NCBI RefSeq assembly: GCF_006345805.1
Contig: NC_043023.1
Span: 15,438,001 to 15,502,000 of the forward strand
DNA: 64,000 bases
Source of the DNA: Octopus sinensis
Lineage: Eukaryota
Reading direction: 5' to 3'
Shown here: piece after piece, positions 1-12,596 of the stretch
How the letters are laid out: every line of letters begins with the position of its first letter
Position numbering within the stretch: the stretch's first letter is position 1
Program-made: the position numbers and the translations under genes
Notes under the pieces: model-generated
Seen by the model: only the letters and a program-made list of their open reading frames with translations
The model's database searches: none
What the model was told of the DNA's origin: nothing

Positions 1-541
1 ATGAGGAAAACAATTGTTGCTATCAATTCAGAAGAAATATTTCACCGTTATTCACCATAGATATATTATATAAACAGAGTTATTATCTATTATTTATAAC
101 GGCTGACATTCGTTTTTAAAACATGATCAATATTCATGATGTATCTCACGTAAAACTCCTTTATACGAGTATCTGAAATGACACAGAAACAGTAGAAGAT
201 ATAGGAAAGACTTAAAAAGCAAAGGTTTAACAATAAAAATTATAACTACATTTTCATAATGATAAACTGTGGATATAAACTTTTACCCGAATAAATTACA
301 CTTTAAAATGATACTCATGACACAAGACATTACTTTCGTCTATAATGACCTGAGTCATAAATCTAATACTTTCTCTAGTTTAGTTTCAATGCACCCAAAC
401 AAACAAAAGGAAAAGCAGTGTAAATAACGGACAGAGTCAAAACTATTGAAAAGGTTGCAAGACGCAATGAAAATTTTAGGAAAAAAGGAAATAAGTAAGA
501 AATAACTGCAAAATTTTACCGATGAGTGTGCTAAATTATAA
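1..541 (-). other. 5' UTR/intron 1 of an A-type ZNF gene whose coding exon lies left of the window; acceptor AG near 173
   Basis: Near-identical to 39866-40402 and to the reverse complement of 9740-10295, which precede the 38477 and 10452 ZNF ORFs. Contains the shared acceptor tgtgtcatttcAG on the minus strand. Confidence 0.85.
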
Positions 542-1300
542 GGCATCAACCACAGTGAAAATTTTGTTGATCCAACAAATGCATTGGTGCACATACAGAC
601 GATAGAGAGATTGTGGGGGTCAGTTAAGAGATCAGTTGTTCGCCCAGGCATTCGTGCCTGTTACTTAAAGCAATACCTCTCCAAGTTCCTATTTATGGAA
701 AGCATCAAACCTGCTGCCAAGAAAATACACGTATTCTTATTGGCAGCAGCAAGTCTTTATCTTGATAATTTTTTCCTCCAACTCATCTCATTTCTTTATC
801 ATCAATGTCGATGGACCACTCAAAGAGGTATGTATACATTATCATTTTCGTAACATAATTTCTGTAGTATTTCAAGATGTTTCTGACACGTATTTTGATT
901 CATATAGCGAAGATCTGACATTTCTTCACTTGTTCCACTTTTTTTTTTTTTTTTGCGAAATATGTACAAAAATACGGAGTTTATGATTCATGTGTGAGTG
1001 TGTGTTCTTGATACTCGTTTAGAACAAGTAGTTTTACACCAATTACACTATTTTTTCTTAGTTTAAAGGCCGTGGACTGAAGATGTGAAATTTCCGAAGC
1101 CTCTCCCCCACCCCCCTTTCGCGAGCGCGCATTTTTTTTTTATCATATTCGTTTAGAGCAATTTGTTTTACACCTATTACGCTATTTTTGTTTTTGTGCC
1201 CGGGTCAGACGGTTTCGGAAATTCCCGATGTAAATTTCCGAGGCCTCTCCCCCACCCCTCTTTCGCGAGTGCGCATTTTTTTTGTCATATTCGTTCATAT
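542..1300 (+). mobile_element. Merlin (IS1016/IS1595-like) DNA transposon remnant: C-terminal transposase fragment (542-~770) followed by subterminal tandem repeats
   Basis: Frame 542 reads GINHSENFVDPTNALVHIQTIERLWGSVKR...YLKQYLSKFLF. This matches the NHS-NFVDP...HTQ/NTIE-LW-K motif of ISXO2/Merlin transposases. Two ~145-bp tandem units follow (~1005-1150, ~1146-1295). Confidence 0.8.
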
Positions 1301-2196
1301 TTTTTTTAGTTTCTTTGAATGGTGTAACGCTTTAGTTTAACAGTTAATTCTATTCGCCAATAAATGTCTTTAATTAAGCCAAGAAACTTTGGATTTTACT
1401 TGGCATGGCCATGAAAAAGCACCGAATTTTTAGCTTTTTTTTTTTTATTACAGTAGATATTCCATTTGCTGACTGTGTCGATTCAAAGCCGTCTATTGAT
1501 TTATCATAGAGGTATTATTTGCTAAACATCTATATTTGCTGTTCCTGTCGAAATAGTCCACGTTAATTATGTCTGATTTTTGCTCCTGTGAATAATCTGC
1601 AATCTAATAAAACAGAAATAGCTGACTGCAACATGAGGCCAGTGGTACCGCGATGATAAAATAAAATACACAAACGTATTCAACACATGTGAATGCAGAA
1701 TTTCTTTAAAAGATTTACATTATTAATAAGGTTACAAAAGGAAAAGTCGTGGTGGGTTGGTGTTTAAATTATAGTTGTGTTTATGTTTGACGTATTCTAA
1801 AAGTCAGGACAGTCGGGAACACAAGCGAATTTCATTAAGAGGTCTGCTCAGTCAGGGGTGACCATGGGCTAAACAACAGTGACTTACCACGTTTCTGAAG
1901 ATAGTAGAATATTATTGTCCACCGTTTTGTAGTTTAACATTTTCCATAATATCTGAAGGTGGAGGGGTTAAACTAAAGCGTTACACCATTCAAAGAAACA
2001 AAAAAAAAATGTGTGTAATAGGTGTAAAACAAGCCAATGTGGTTAGCCATGGATGGCTTCTAAACTTCCTTTAGTTTAACCGAATTAACATCGATGTCAA
2101 ACTAGCAACTTTTAAAACTTTTTACTTTTCTTTGGAGTTTCCAATTAGCCAGGTTAATCGGCTTCTGCTAAAAAATAAAATATATATTACATCTTA

Positions 2197-2360
2197 CCTG
2201 TTTTGATAAGTAGATCATATGTTACGATAATTAGATTAATGTGAATTAATGTTAATTACACGAAAGAGCAATTAACGGGAATATAGTTTAAAGACACTTT
2301 AAAAGTCGGCATGGAAAGTCAACGAAACGAACAAAAATATCCTGATGTTGTATACCTCGT
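2197..2360 (-). promoter_or_regulatory. Non-coding exon 1/core promoter of a ZNF gene; donor CAG|GTAAGA at 2197
   Basis: Homologous to 22829-22950, 26650-26777, 40802-40955 and 41278-41432. Each copy ends in a GT donor and lies upstream of a ZNF coding exon. Confidence 0.6.
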
Positions 2361-2800
2361 ATTACTACACATTTGTCGGATGATAAAACTGAGTTGGTAA
2401 ATTTTTTATGTTTTATTATTGCTATAATTACTATTTAAAATTTTGAATTGTAAGAAAAAAATCCAAATGATGGCAAAAGATACAAAACTAAAGCTTATTT
2501 TCCAGTCGATTGCTACTTTTACGCTGTTCTGTCGTCGAACCCGTAAGTTACAGGGACGGAAAGAAACGAATACAGCTTATCAGAGTGATGTTGGATGAGG
2601 ATAGGGGGAAAGATGCAGGCATCAGTGTTCGAAAACCATTTTTGGTTTGTTTATATTCCAGTAACTTAGTTGTGCAATGGAAGAGGGCGGGGGTAAAGAA
2701 TACGCACACCACCCGTTTACGGTGTAAGCCTAACCCATGGGTCGCAGGAGGCGGAAGAGGTCAAGCAGGACGCACGTGTGGTCATCGACGAAGGGACAGT

Positions 2801-4488
2801 TCTATTTCTTTATTACCCACTAGGGGCCACGAAGAGGGAACATTACAAAACATGGGGGACATAAAACAATGCGATTAAAATTATGATTAAATGAATGTTA
2901 AAATGAAAAAATGATAACATGAAAGCGATGCTAACGGCCCCCTCCGCCAGCATCACTTACCTTTCCGTTTCCTATCACGATTCCAAAGTCTTTCACCTCA
3001 CCTTTCATTTCTCTCTCATACCTCTCTATCATATCATCCTTCATATATGCTGAGAAACAATTTATACGTAGTTCATTACACTTGCTCATCAAAGAGCCCA
3101 TAAGTTCAAAATCGAACACCGCATAGCTTCCGTCCTCATACTCCTGCCATACATTGTCTTCAAAAAGCCTTCTTGCGTTCTCTGTATCCCCCTTCCTCAC
3201 AACACATAAAAAGTAGGACTGGGGCCTTTGTATGTTCTGTGTGTCTGTTTTCGTTTTTCTTGTAGGCGGGGAGTGGGTGGGATTGCTGTTTGCAGGGGCA
3301 GGATGGGTCTCCAAGGGTGTGGGTGGTGTTGGGGTGGGTTGGGGCTTCGCACAGTTTTTCCTTTTCTCTTCTTTCTGCCCTCCTCACACTCTTTTTGCAT
3401 CTCCTCCTCCTCTGTCGTTTCCCTTTCCGTCTGCTTCTCTTTAATTTCTTCCTTTTTTGGGGCCTCCTCTTTTGGAGCTTCCTCAACGATTTCCTTTTCT
3501 CTTGGTGGGGGAGGGCAGAAGGCTCTTATGTGGCCCCTCAGGCCACACTTGTAACAACGTGGAGCTCTGCCCTCCACCCACACTCTCATAATCACGTCTC
3601 CCAATTTAATGCTCTCCGCCAGGTCCACCAGTACCTCGCTCTCCGCCTGCACGTTCAGCTCCACTGTTACGCCTCTCCAGCCCTCGGTCCTGACCGAGGC
3701 ATGGAGAATATCCACTTTCTCCTCGTGGCCGCTGATCACAGCCGCCACAATCCATTCAGCCTCAACGTTTGGTGGCACTCCCTCCACCCTTACTCGTGTA
3801 ATCCTTCTATTCAAGTACGTAGGTAAAAGTGTTACCTTTTCTGACTTCACCACCTTCACCGCCATCTTCCTCGCTGCAGTCTCACTTTTAAAATGTACCA
3901 CTACAGTACCGTACTTCGATCCTCGAGTCAGAAAAATGATTTCCTCCTCCGATCTTCTCAGGGCCTCCTCTATCCATTCCATGTTTACGATCTCTATTTT
4001 CTTTCTTTCGTTCACGAACACCCTGTAAATTATGGTCCTCTTATTGTACCATTCCTTTCTCTTTGGTGGTGGTTCCAGTTCCACCTCGCCGCTGTCCTTC
4101 CTCATATACCTCTGGAAACCTGGCAATTTTTCTAGGTTTATTTCTTTTTCCTGTTCCGTGTTCTTTTTTGCAACTCCTGCGTACGTTTTCCTGTTTTGTG
4201 TCTCCACATTATTTACATCACCGATTTGCTCGTCTTCAGAGTTTGATGTCTCCGACAAGCTCTCAAATATCCATTCTTCCTCTGACTCCTCCACTAGGGA
4301 GTGGTTATCCATCTCCTCCCGCTTGACAGGCCAAAACGGCCGTCAAAACAGAAAAAGTGTAACGCGCAGAACCAGCGGAACGCGAAACCGCTTTAGCGCC
4401 ATTCAAAATTTCCACAACAACAACAATTCTTTTTGATCTTTTTTACCGAATTTTACGAGCGTAAACAAAAAACACGACCGAGTGAGTA
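2801..4488 (-). mobile_element. ORF1-only (HAL1-like) non-autonomous L1/Tx1-clade retroelement, ~1.7 kb
   Basis: ~175-nt 5' UTR, ORF1, short 3' UTR ending gcccctagtgggtAATAAAgaaata. No endonuclease or RT sequence between ORF1 and the tail. Confidence 0.7.
3197..4312 (-). CDS. LINE ORF1p: RRM-like region plus CCHC zinc knuckle; the C-terminus probably continues by frameshift into 2931-3314
   Basis: TYAGVA motif, ITRVRVEGVPP RRM-like strand and CYKCGLRGHIRAFC (CX2CX4HX4C) followed by a charged low-complexity tail. This is typical of L1/Tx1 ORF1p. Confidence 0.8.
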   Translation of the reverse strand: MDNHSLVEESEEEWIFESLSETSNSEDEQIGDVNNVETQNRKTYAGVAKKNTEQEKEINLEKLPGFQRYMRKDSGEVELEPPPKRKEWYNKRTIIYRVFVNERKKIEIVNMEWIEEALRRSEEEIIFLTRGSKYGTVVVHFKSETAARKMAVKVVKSEKVTLLPTYLNRRITRVRVEGVPPNVEAEWIVAAVISGHEEKVDILHASVRTEGWRGVTVELNVQAESEVLVDLAESIKLGDVIMRVWVEGRAPRCYKCGLRGHIRAFCPPPPREKEIVEEAPKEEAPKKEEIKEKQTERETTEEEEMQKECEEGRKKRKGKTVRSPNPPQHHPHPWRPILPLQTAIPPTPRLQEKRKQTHRTYKGPSPTFYVL

Positions 4489-4571
4489 TCGACTAAAGGC
4501 ACTGCTCCAGCATGGCCACTGTCAAATGCCTGAAACATGTAAAATAGATAGGTTTCCCTATTTTCTTCCAT

Positions 4572-5581
4572 GTATCCATATTTATTATTGAAATATCACT
4601 TCCAGTATCGAACTGAAGTTTAATATTTATTCCAATCATTTTTACGTGTACAAATTTTCTCATTTGGGAGTCGAATTTTGTTTCTGTTGAGAGCCCTCTA
4701 GGATCTTTAATGGTTGATCTTCAGAATTTAGTTCTGCAGTGTGAATTTCTGTATATTCAGTTGTTGTAAGGCCTTTTACCAAAAGAAGACACCTGAACAT
4801 CTCAGGTGTAATTCTTTGAGTTTAAAAATATTCACACATTCTGTTAATTGTTCCTGCGTATGTGATAAAATCACCATCCTCTTTTTTCATTCTATTCCAA
4901 AACACCATCCAAGTGTTAGACAAGTTTTATCACCGAATATGTTAGACAGTAATTCTATTGTTTCTTTAAAACAAATTTCATTGAGTTTTTTGGGGTAATA
5001 TGAAATTAAAGTAATGTTCATACTCAGATGGGGCTCATTTATGTCATAATAACCTTACTTTTTCTGTGTCTGACCATGTCTTACAATCTTCCTTAAAAAT
5101 TACCTGCTGTAGTACAATGCAACAGTTATACCGTCCTCTGGGTTATAACTGGATTCATCGAGTCCAAAACGGCGTCTGGCAAAAATGTACTTCCCTTATT
5201 TTTGGACTTCTTTGAATAAAGCTCCAATAATTGTTGTTGTTGCTGCCTTTGTCGTTGATTTTGCAACAGTTTTAAAGAAGCTAATTAGTCTTCCATGATT
5301 TAACAATTTTGTATCACAAAAATTTGTTAACTGACCTGCAAGAGCTTCGAAACCCTCATCGCCAGATGTTGTAACATAATTGTTCCGTACAATAAATAAG
5401 ATAACCAGAAAATTGTAACAACAATCTAATGAACTAACAAATCTTTTACGAACCAACATTCAATATTCCTTAGGAAGTAAACCAAGCGACACCTTCCAAC
5501 TTCAGTTGACTCTGAACCGCAAACTCACTCAGATCGTTACTATTTATACTTTACTCGAGCCAGTCTACTCTCATCACAACA
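4572..5581 (-). mobile_element. Ty3/Gypsy relic: 5' LTR (5367-5581), PBS, degenerate gag, protease
   Basis: Reverse-complement copy of 13547-14555. Protease reads KLQFDTGSDISII. Confidence 0.8.
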
Positions 5582-6531
5582 GGTGCCATTCTAACCAGAT
5601 GCCCATCATAAATCCCTGCTTGGTGTCTGGTAAGAACAAGACCATGAAAACCTGCTCTACAGAATGATTTATCAAAAAATAAGTATGATGATAATCACTT
5701 GCATGGGTTGAGCGGGGATGTGCTTGAACCATAGGTAAAGTGGGGCATTAGGCTCTTGAAAAATATTTCCCACTCTACACCCAAAACTGTGACAAACAGC
5801 AATAAGCCTCCAGCTAGTGCCAGAATATGTGGGCAGTAGCACAAAGGGTGCAGATCCTGGGATCCCTGAGTGTGTCCAGCAGAGGATAACTGATCACGGC
5901 TGGGAACTGGAGTGTAATACATTTGTGTCAAAATAATATATCCTCAAGGAAACAGAGCAAATTAATATAATCAATATTGTTTGAATAAAAAACACAAATC
6001 GTAATTAGTGAGTTGATGCAAATGAGGAAAATGTGAAAAATGAATTTATTTTGTAAAAAGTAATACATTTGCTGTATTTTATTCAGCAGGACATCTGTTT
6101 TATCATTAATATTGTTATTGATCAATATGAATAAGTATATGTTTAGTTAAGGTAGATTATTGAGAGAATGATTTAGCACAGATTACACAGTCATAAGAAT
6201 CTTCTCCTGTATGAATATGTTTGTGTTTAGTTTATTATTTCTCTCTATGAAAGAATGACTTGTCACAGATGTCACAGTGATATGATTTCTCTCCTGTATG
6301 AATGTATTTGTGATGAGTTCAATATTGTTCCACAGAGAATGATTTACCTCAGGTATCACAGCAATAGAGTTTCTCTCCTGTATGAATACGTTTATAAGTA
6401 TATACAGCATATTCACAATAGAATGATTTGCTGCAGACATCACAGTCACATAGTTTCTCTCCAGTATGAGCAGACTTGTAATTAATTAAATATTTTCTTA
6501 AACGGAATAATTTACTGCAGATACCACAGTG

Positions 6532-7740
<1,209 letters not shown>

Positions 7741-9270
7741 TATTGTTCTATAGTATACAAACACAAAATATAATTTTGCCTCCTTTTTTATATATTTCTA
7801 TTGCTTATATTTCCAGCAGTCCCGATCTTCATCAATATCTGAAGATGATACAAACACCTTTGCAGATATCTCCCGCTCCAAACAGAATGTGAAATACTTT
7901 AGCAAATATTCCAGGCAATGATGGAAACAAATGTTGCCATCAATTCAGAAGAAATATTTCACAGTTTTCCACCATAGACAAATCATATAAACAGAGTTAT
8001 GTCAAATATTTATAACTTCTTCCATTAGGTGATCAATATTCATGAAGTGTCACTAACATTTCACCTCCTGAAATGACACAGAAACAGAAGAAGATATAGG
8101 AAAAACTTAAAAAGCAGAGATTCAACTATTAAAAAAAATATAACTACATCTTCAAAATGATAAACTGTGGATAAAATCCTTCAATTTGTCTTTGTAATTT
8201 ATTTATGGTAATTTATAATATGGTAACCCTTTTGTTACCATATTTCTTTTGAGATTCAGTGTGTTTCTTTCAATTATTTTAAATATAATAAAGAATTTAG
8301 TAAACTTAGTTATCATTCAACTAGTGTTGGCAACATAAATTGTAACTAAGGTTTCGTGGAAGATTTTAATTCAAAACTTATGAAAACAAGACATTTTACC
8401 ACAGAGCCAGAGCCGGTTTGGGCCGGGTTAGTAACAAAAGGGTGTGGTCTTTGAAATTTATTTTATTAAAATTATATGATACAACCTTGTGTAATGTCTA
8501 CATATAGACGGACTTCAGTTCCTCTTCCTTCAGATATTATGTAAAACATTATCCCTTTAGTGTTCAGATTATTCTGTTAAATGTAATTCTTTTTCACTCA
8601 AATTGTTTTGAATTAATCATGCAATATCTTATAGCTTTTAGGTTTCAATGATGTGATTGTTTATTTCTAGAATGTCAATGTAGGTTAGTGTGAGGGGCCA
8701 GATACCGCCAGTTTGAATATAAAACATGCAGAATATCTGGGCCTGATATGGCCGGTTTTAAACAATAAAGGGTTCAACTATAGGATATTGGACAATAATA
8801 TGATAAGTGACTACTGTTTAACCCTAGGTATCCCTGACTGAGCAGATCTATTATTAATGAAATTAGGTAATGTTCATGATTGTTACAACTTCTGTAACAG
8901 ATCAAACATAAACATAAACTACAATTTAGTGAACCAACCCATCATGACTTTCCTCTGGTAACTTTATTAATAATAAAAACAAAACTGCACTCACATATGT
9001 TGAAGGTGTGGTCACTAATTTAGAGAAAGTGTTCTGTGAATTGACATATGAAGAGTAGAGCCAGGACAGAATGGCGATCCTTCGGTATAGGTACACACGT
9101 GACTTTGTTTACATTTCTGAAGATAACATAAACCCTTTTCTCCCACCCCCCACCCACATATAAAAAAACACCTTTTTGAAATGTATCCGGTACTTCCGGA
9201 TGTACACCGGTACTTATACCGTAAGATCGCCTTTCTTTTTAAAACAAAGTAAATAAAACACAAACGCATA

Positions 9271-9336
9271 GGTACTACTAGCGAAGACTGGACCCGGTAC
9301 GCGCTAGCTAGTCGTAAGTAGTCGATCCTACAACGA
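9271..9336 (+). mobile_element. Single terminus of a GGTACT-type (Merlin-like) MITE
   Basis: Near-identical to the left end of the two-ended copy at 21787-22401. Truncated at the palindrome junction. Confidence 0.6.
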
Positions 9337-9817
9337 AAATTTTAGGAAAAAAGTAAATAAGTAAGAAATAACTGCAAAATTTTACCGATGAATGTGTTAA
9401 ATTATAAGGCACAAAAAGAAAATGACTCTCCGCAGACACAACAGAATATGCTTCAATACACGAATTCATATAAAGAACCTTGCAAACCAAATCCAAAAAC
9501 GAAATAGAATTAATATCTGTTTCTTTATTACCCACAAGGGGCGAAACACGGACGGGACAAACAAGGACAGACAAACGGATTAAGTCGATTACATTGACCC
9601 AGTGCGTAACTGGTACTTAATTTATCGACCCCGAAATTCTATTTCGTTTTTGGATTTGGTTTGCAAGATTCTTTATATGTATTCGTGTATTGAAGCATAT
9701 TCTGTTGTGTCTGGGGAGAGTCATTTTCTTTTTGTGCCTTATAATTTAACACATTCATCGGTAAAATTTTGCAGTTATTTCTTATTTCTTACTTATTTCC
9801 TTTTTTCCTAAAATTTT
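9336..9817. repeat. Inverted repeat (arms 9336-9510 and 9636-9817) with a partial SINE as spacer
   Basis: aaaattttaggaaaaaag...gaaatagaat pairs with attctatttc...ctttttcctaaaatttt. Confidence 0.9.
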
Positions 9818-10451
9818 CTTTGCATCTTGCAACCTTTTCAATAGTTTTGACTCTGTCCGTTATTTACACTGCTTTTCCTTTTGTTTGTTTGGGTGCATTG
9901 AAACTAAACTAGAGAAAGTATTAGATTTATGACTCAGGTCATTATAGACGAAAGTAATGTCTTGTGTCATGAGTATCATTTTAAAGTGTAATTTATTCGG
10001 GCAACAGTTTATATCCACAGTTTATCATTATGAAAATGTAGTTATAATTTTTATTGTTAAACCTTTGTTTTTTAAAGTCTTTCCTATATCTTCTACTGTT
10101 TCTGTGTCATTTCAGATACTCGTATAAAGGAGTTTTACGTGAGATACATCATGAATATTGATCATCTTTTGAAAACGAATGTCAGCCGTTATAAATAATA
10201 GATAATAACTCTGTTTATATAATATATCTATGGTGAATAACGGTGAAATATTTCTTCTGAATTAATAGCAACATTTGTTTTCCTCATTGCCAGGAATATT
10301 TACAAAAGTATTGCATATTCAGTTTGAATGTGAGAAAATCTGGAAAGGTGTTTGTATCATTTTCAGATATTCAAGTTCAGATTTGCTGTAGAAGATATAT
10401 ATAAAGAAGAAGGGGGAAATATATTTTCTATCTGTATACTACAGAACAATA

Positions 10452-12596
10452 ATGAATAGTCTGGAAATGTTAAAAGAAAGAGAAAAGTTATCAAACCAAT
10501 CTGATATCTGTAAAAAGACTTATTCTAATAAGGGAAATCTCACTGTTCACAAATTCATTCATGCAGGGGGGAAACAATATCATTGTGATATCTGTGGTAA
10601 ATCATTCTCTCAAAAAAGTCACCTTACTCATCACAAATACACTCATACTGGAGAGAAACCATATCAGTGTGATATCTGTGGTAAATCATTCTCTCAAAGC
10701 ACTGTCCTTTCTTATCACAAATCTGTTCATACTGGAGAGAAACCATATCACTGTGATATCTGTGGTAAATCATTCTCTACAAAATATAACCTTACTAAAC
10801 ACAAATACATTCATACAAGAGAGAAACCAAATCAATGTCATATTTGCGGTAAATCATTCTCTCATAGAAGTTCCCTTGATTCTCACACACATATTCATAC
10901 AGGAGAAAAACCACATCAGTGTGATGTTTGTGGTAAATCATTCTCTCAAAAAAGTAGCCTTAATTCTCACAAATACATTCATACAGGTGAGAAACCATAT
11001 CAGTGTGATATCTGTGATAAATCCTTTTCATTAAAAAGTTATTTAACTACTCACAAATCCATTCATACAGGAGAGAAACCATATCGATGTGATATTTGTG
11101 GTAAATCATTCACTCAGAAATATAGCCTCACTCATCACAAATACACTCATACTGGAGAGAAACCATATCAATGTGATATTTGTGGTAAATCATTCTCTCA
11201 AAAGACTGCCCTTTCTTATCACAAAGTCGTTCATACTAGAGAGAAACCATATCACTGTGATATTTGTGGTAAATCATTCCCTAAAAAATATAACCTTACT
11301 AAACACAAATCCATACATACAGGAGAGAAACCATATCACTGTGATATTTGTGGTAAATCATTCCCTAAAAAATATAACCTTACTAAACACAAATCCATAC
11401 ATACAGGAGAGAAACCATATCACTGTGATATTTGTGGTAAATCATTCACTCAGAAATGTAACCTTAATTCTCACAAATATATTCACACAGGAGAGAAACC
11501 ATATCAGCGTGATATCTGTAATAAATCCTTTTCATTAAAAAGTTATTTAACCACTCACAAACTAACACATACAGGTGAGAAGCCATATCACTGCGATATT
11601 TGTGGTAAATCATTCTGTTATATGAGTAGCCTTGATTCTCACAAACACATACATACAGGAGAGAAACCATATCACTGTGATATTTGTGGTAAATCATTCT
11701 GTTATATGAGTAGCCTTGATTCTCACAAACACATACATACAGGAGAGAAACCATATCACTGTGATATTTGTGGTAAATCATTCTGTTATATGAGTAGCCT
11801 TGATTCTCACAAACACATTCATACAGGAGAGAAACCATATCACTGTGATATTTGTGGTAAATCATTCTGTTATATGAGTAGCCTTGATTCTCACAAACAC
11901 ATACATACAGGAGAGAAACCATATCACTGCGATATTTGTGGTAAATCATTCTGTTATATGAGTAGCCTTGATTCTCACAAACACATACATACAGGAGAGA
12001 AACCATATCACTGTGATATTTGTGGTAAATCATTCTGTTATATGAGTACCCTTGATTCTCACAAACACATTCACACAGGACAGAAACCACATCACTGCGA
12101 TATTTGTGGTAAATCATTCTGTTATACGAGTACCCTTGATTCTCACAAACACATTCACACAGGACAGAAACCACATCACTGCGATATTTGTGGTAAATCA
12201 TTCTGTTATACGAGTACCCTTGATTCTCACAAACACATTCACACAGGACAGAAACCACATCACTGCGATATTTGTGGTAAATCATTCTGTTATACGAGTA
12301 CCCTTGATTCTCACAAACACATTCACACAGGACAGAAACCACATCACTGCGATATTTGTGGTAAATCATTCTGTTATACGAGTACCCTTGATTCTCACAA
12401 ACACATTCATACAGGAGAGAAACCACATCACTGCGATATTTGTGGTAAATCATTCTCTCAAAAAAGTTACCTTGATTCTCACAAATCAGTTCATACAGGT
12501 GAGAAACCATATCGGTGCTATATCTGTGGTAAATCATTCTCTCAGAAGAGGTATTTAAATAGACACAAATGCATTAATACAGGGGACAAACCATAG
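10452..12596 (+). CDS. A-type C2H2 zinc-finger protein, 714 aa, 25 fingers (3 degenerate)
   Basis: Uninterrupted ORF of 28-aa CX2CX12HX3H units with TGEKP linkers. Acceptor ttcAG at 10115. Confidence 0.95.
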   Translation: MNSLEMLKEREKLSNQSDICKKTYSNKGNLTVHKFIHAGGKQYHCDICGKSFSQKSHLTHHKYTHTGEKPYQCDICGKSFSQSTVLSYHKSVHTGEKPYHCDICGKSFSTKYNLTKHKYIHTREKPNQCHICGKSFSHRSSLDSHTHIHTGEKPHQCDVCGKSFSQKSSLNSHKYIHTGEKPYQCDICDKSFSLKSYLTTHKSIHTGEKPYRCDICGKSFTQKYSLTHHKYTHTGEKPYQCDICGKSFSQKTALSYHKVVHTREKPYHCDICGKSFPKKYNLTKHKSIHTGEKPYHCDICGKSFPKKYNLTKHKSIHTGEKPYHCDICGKSFTQKCNLNSHKYIHTGEKPYQRDICNKSFSLKSYLTTHKLTHTGEKPYHCDICGKSFCYMSSLDSHKHIHTGEKPYHCDICGKSFCYMSSLDSHKHIHTGEKPYHCDICGKSFCYMSSLDSHKHIHTGEKPYHCDICGKSFCYMSSLDSHKHIHTGEKPYHCDICGKSFCYMSSLDSHKHIHTGEKPYHCDICGKSFCYMSTLDSHKHIHTGQKPHHCDICGKSFCYTSTLDSHKHIHTGQKPHHCDICGKSFCYTSTLDSHKHIHTGQKPHHCDICGKSFCYTSTLDSHKHIHTGQKPHHCDICGKSFCYTSTLDSHKHIHTGEKPHHCDICGKSFSQKSYLDSHKSVHTGEKPYRCYICGKSFSQKRYLNRHKCINTGDKP
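11580..12420 (+). repeat. Ten near-identical 84-bp finger repeats
   Basis: 5x CYMSSLDSH, 1x CYMSTLDSH, 4x CYTSTLDSH. Confidence 0.95.

Noticed and set aside
515-541. FTDEC in frame upstream of the Merlin fragment as a possible catalytic Asp motif
   Set aside because: The same bases occur in all A-type introns, are followed by a stop, and the spacing to NHS is too short; probably coincidence.
2510-2878. 122-aa plus-strand ORF next to the ORF1 element
   Set aside because: Spans promoter-upstream DNA and the retroelement tail; no recognisable domain.
10369-10452. Possible KRAB-like or other effector exon spliced in frame via a second acceptor (tcattttcag)
   Set aside because: An in-frame TAG lies shortly upstream of the ATG in the 10452 gene, and no conserved coding pattern is visible among paralogues.
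10561-11538. Shifted-frame ORFs ([18 protein letters not shown] repeats) over the ZNF genes
   Set aside because: Alternative frames of the same repeats, as routinely seen in C2H2 arrays.
11580-12420. Regular direct repeats resembling a CRISPR array
   Set aside because: 84-bp in-frame coding units without unique spacers, in eukaryotic context.
11464-12537. 357-aa antisense ORF, and similar [12 protein letters not shown]-type ORFs opposite every array
   Set aside because: These are stop-free by-products of the 84-bp finger repeat read on the other strand; there is no independent evidence of coding.
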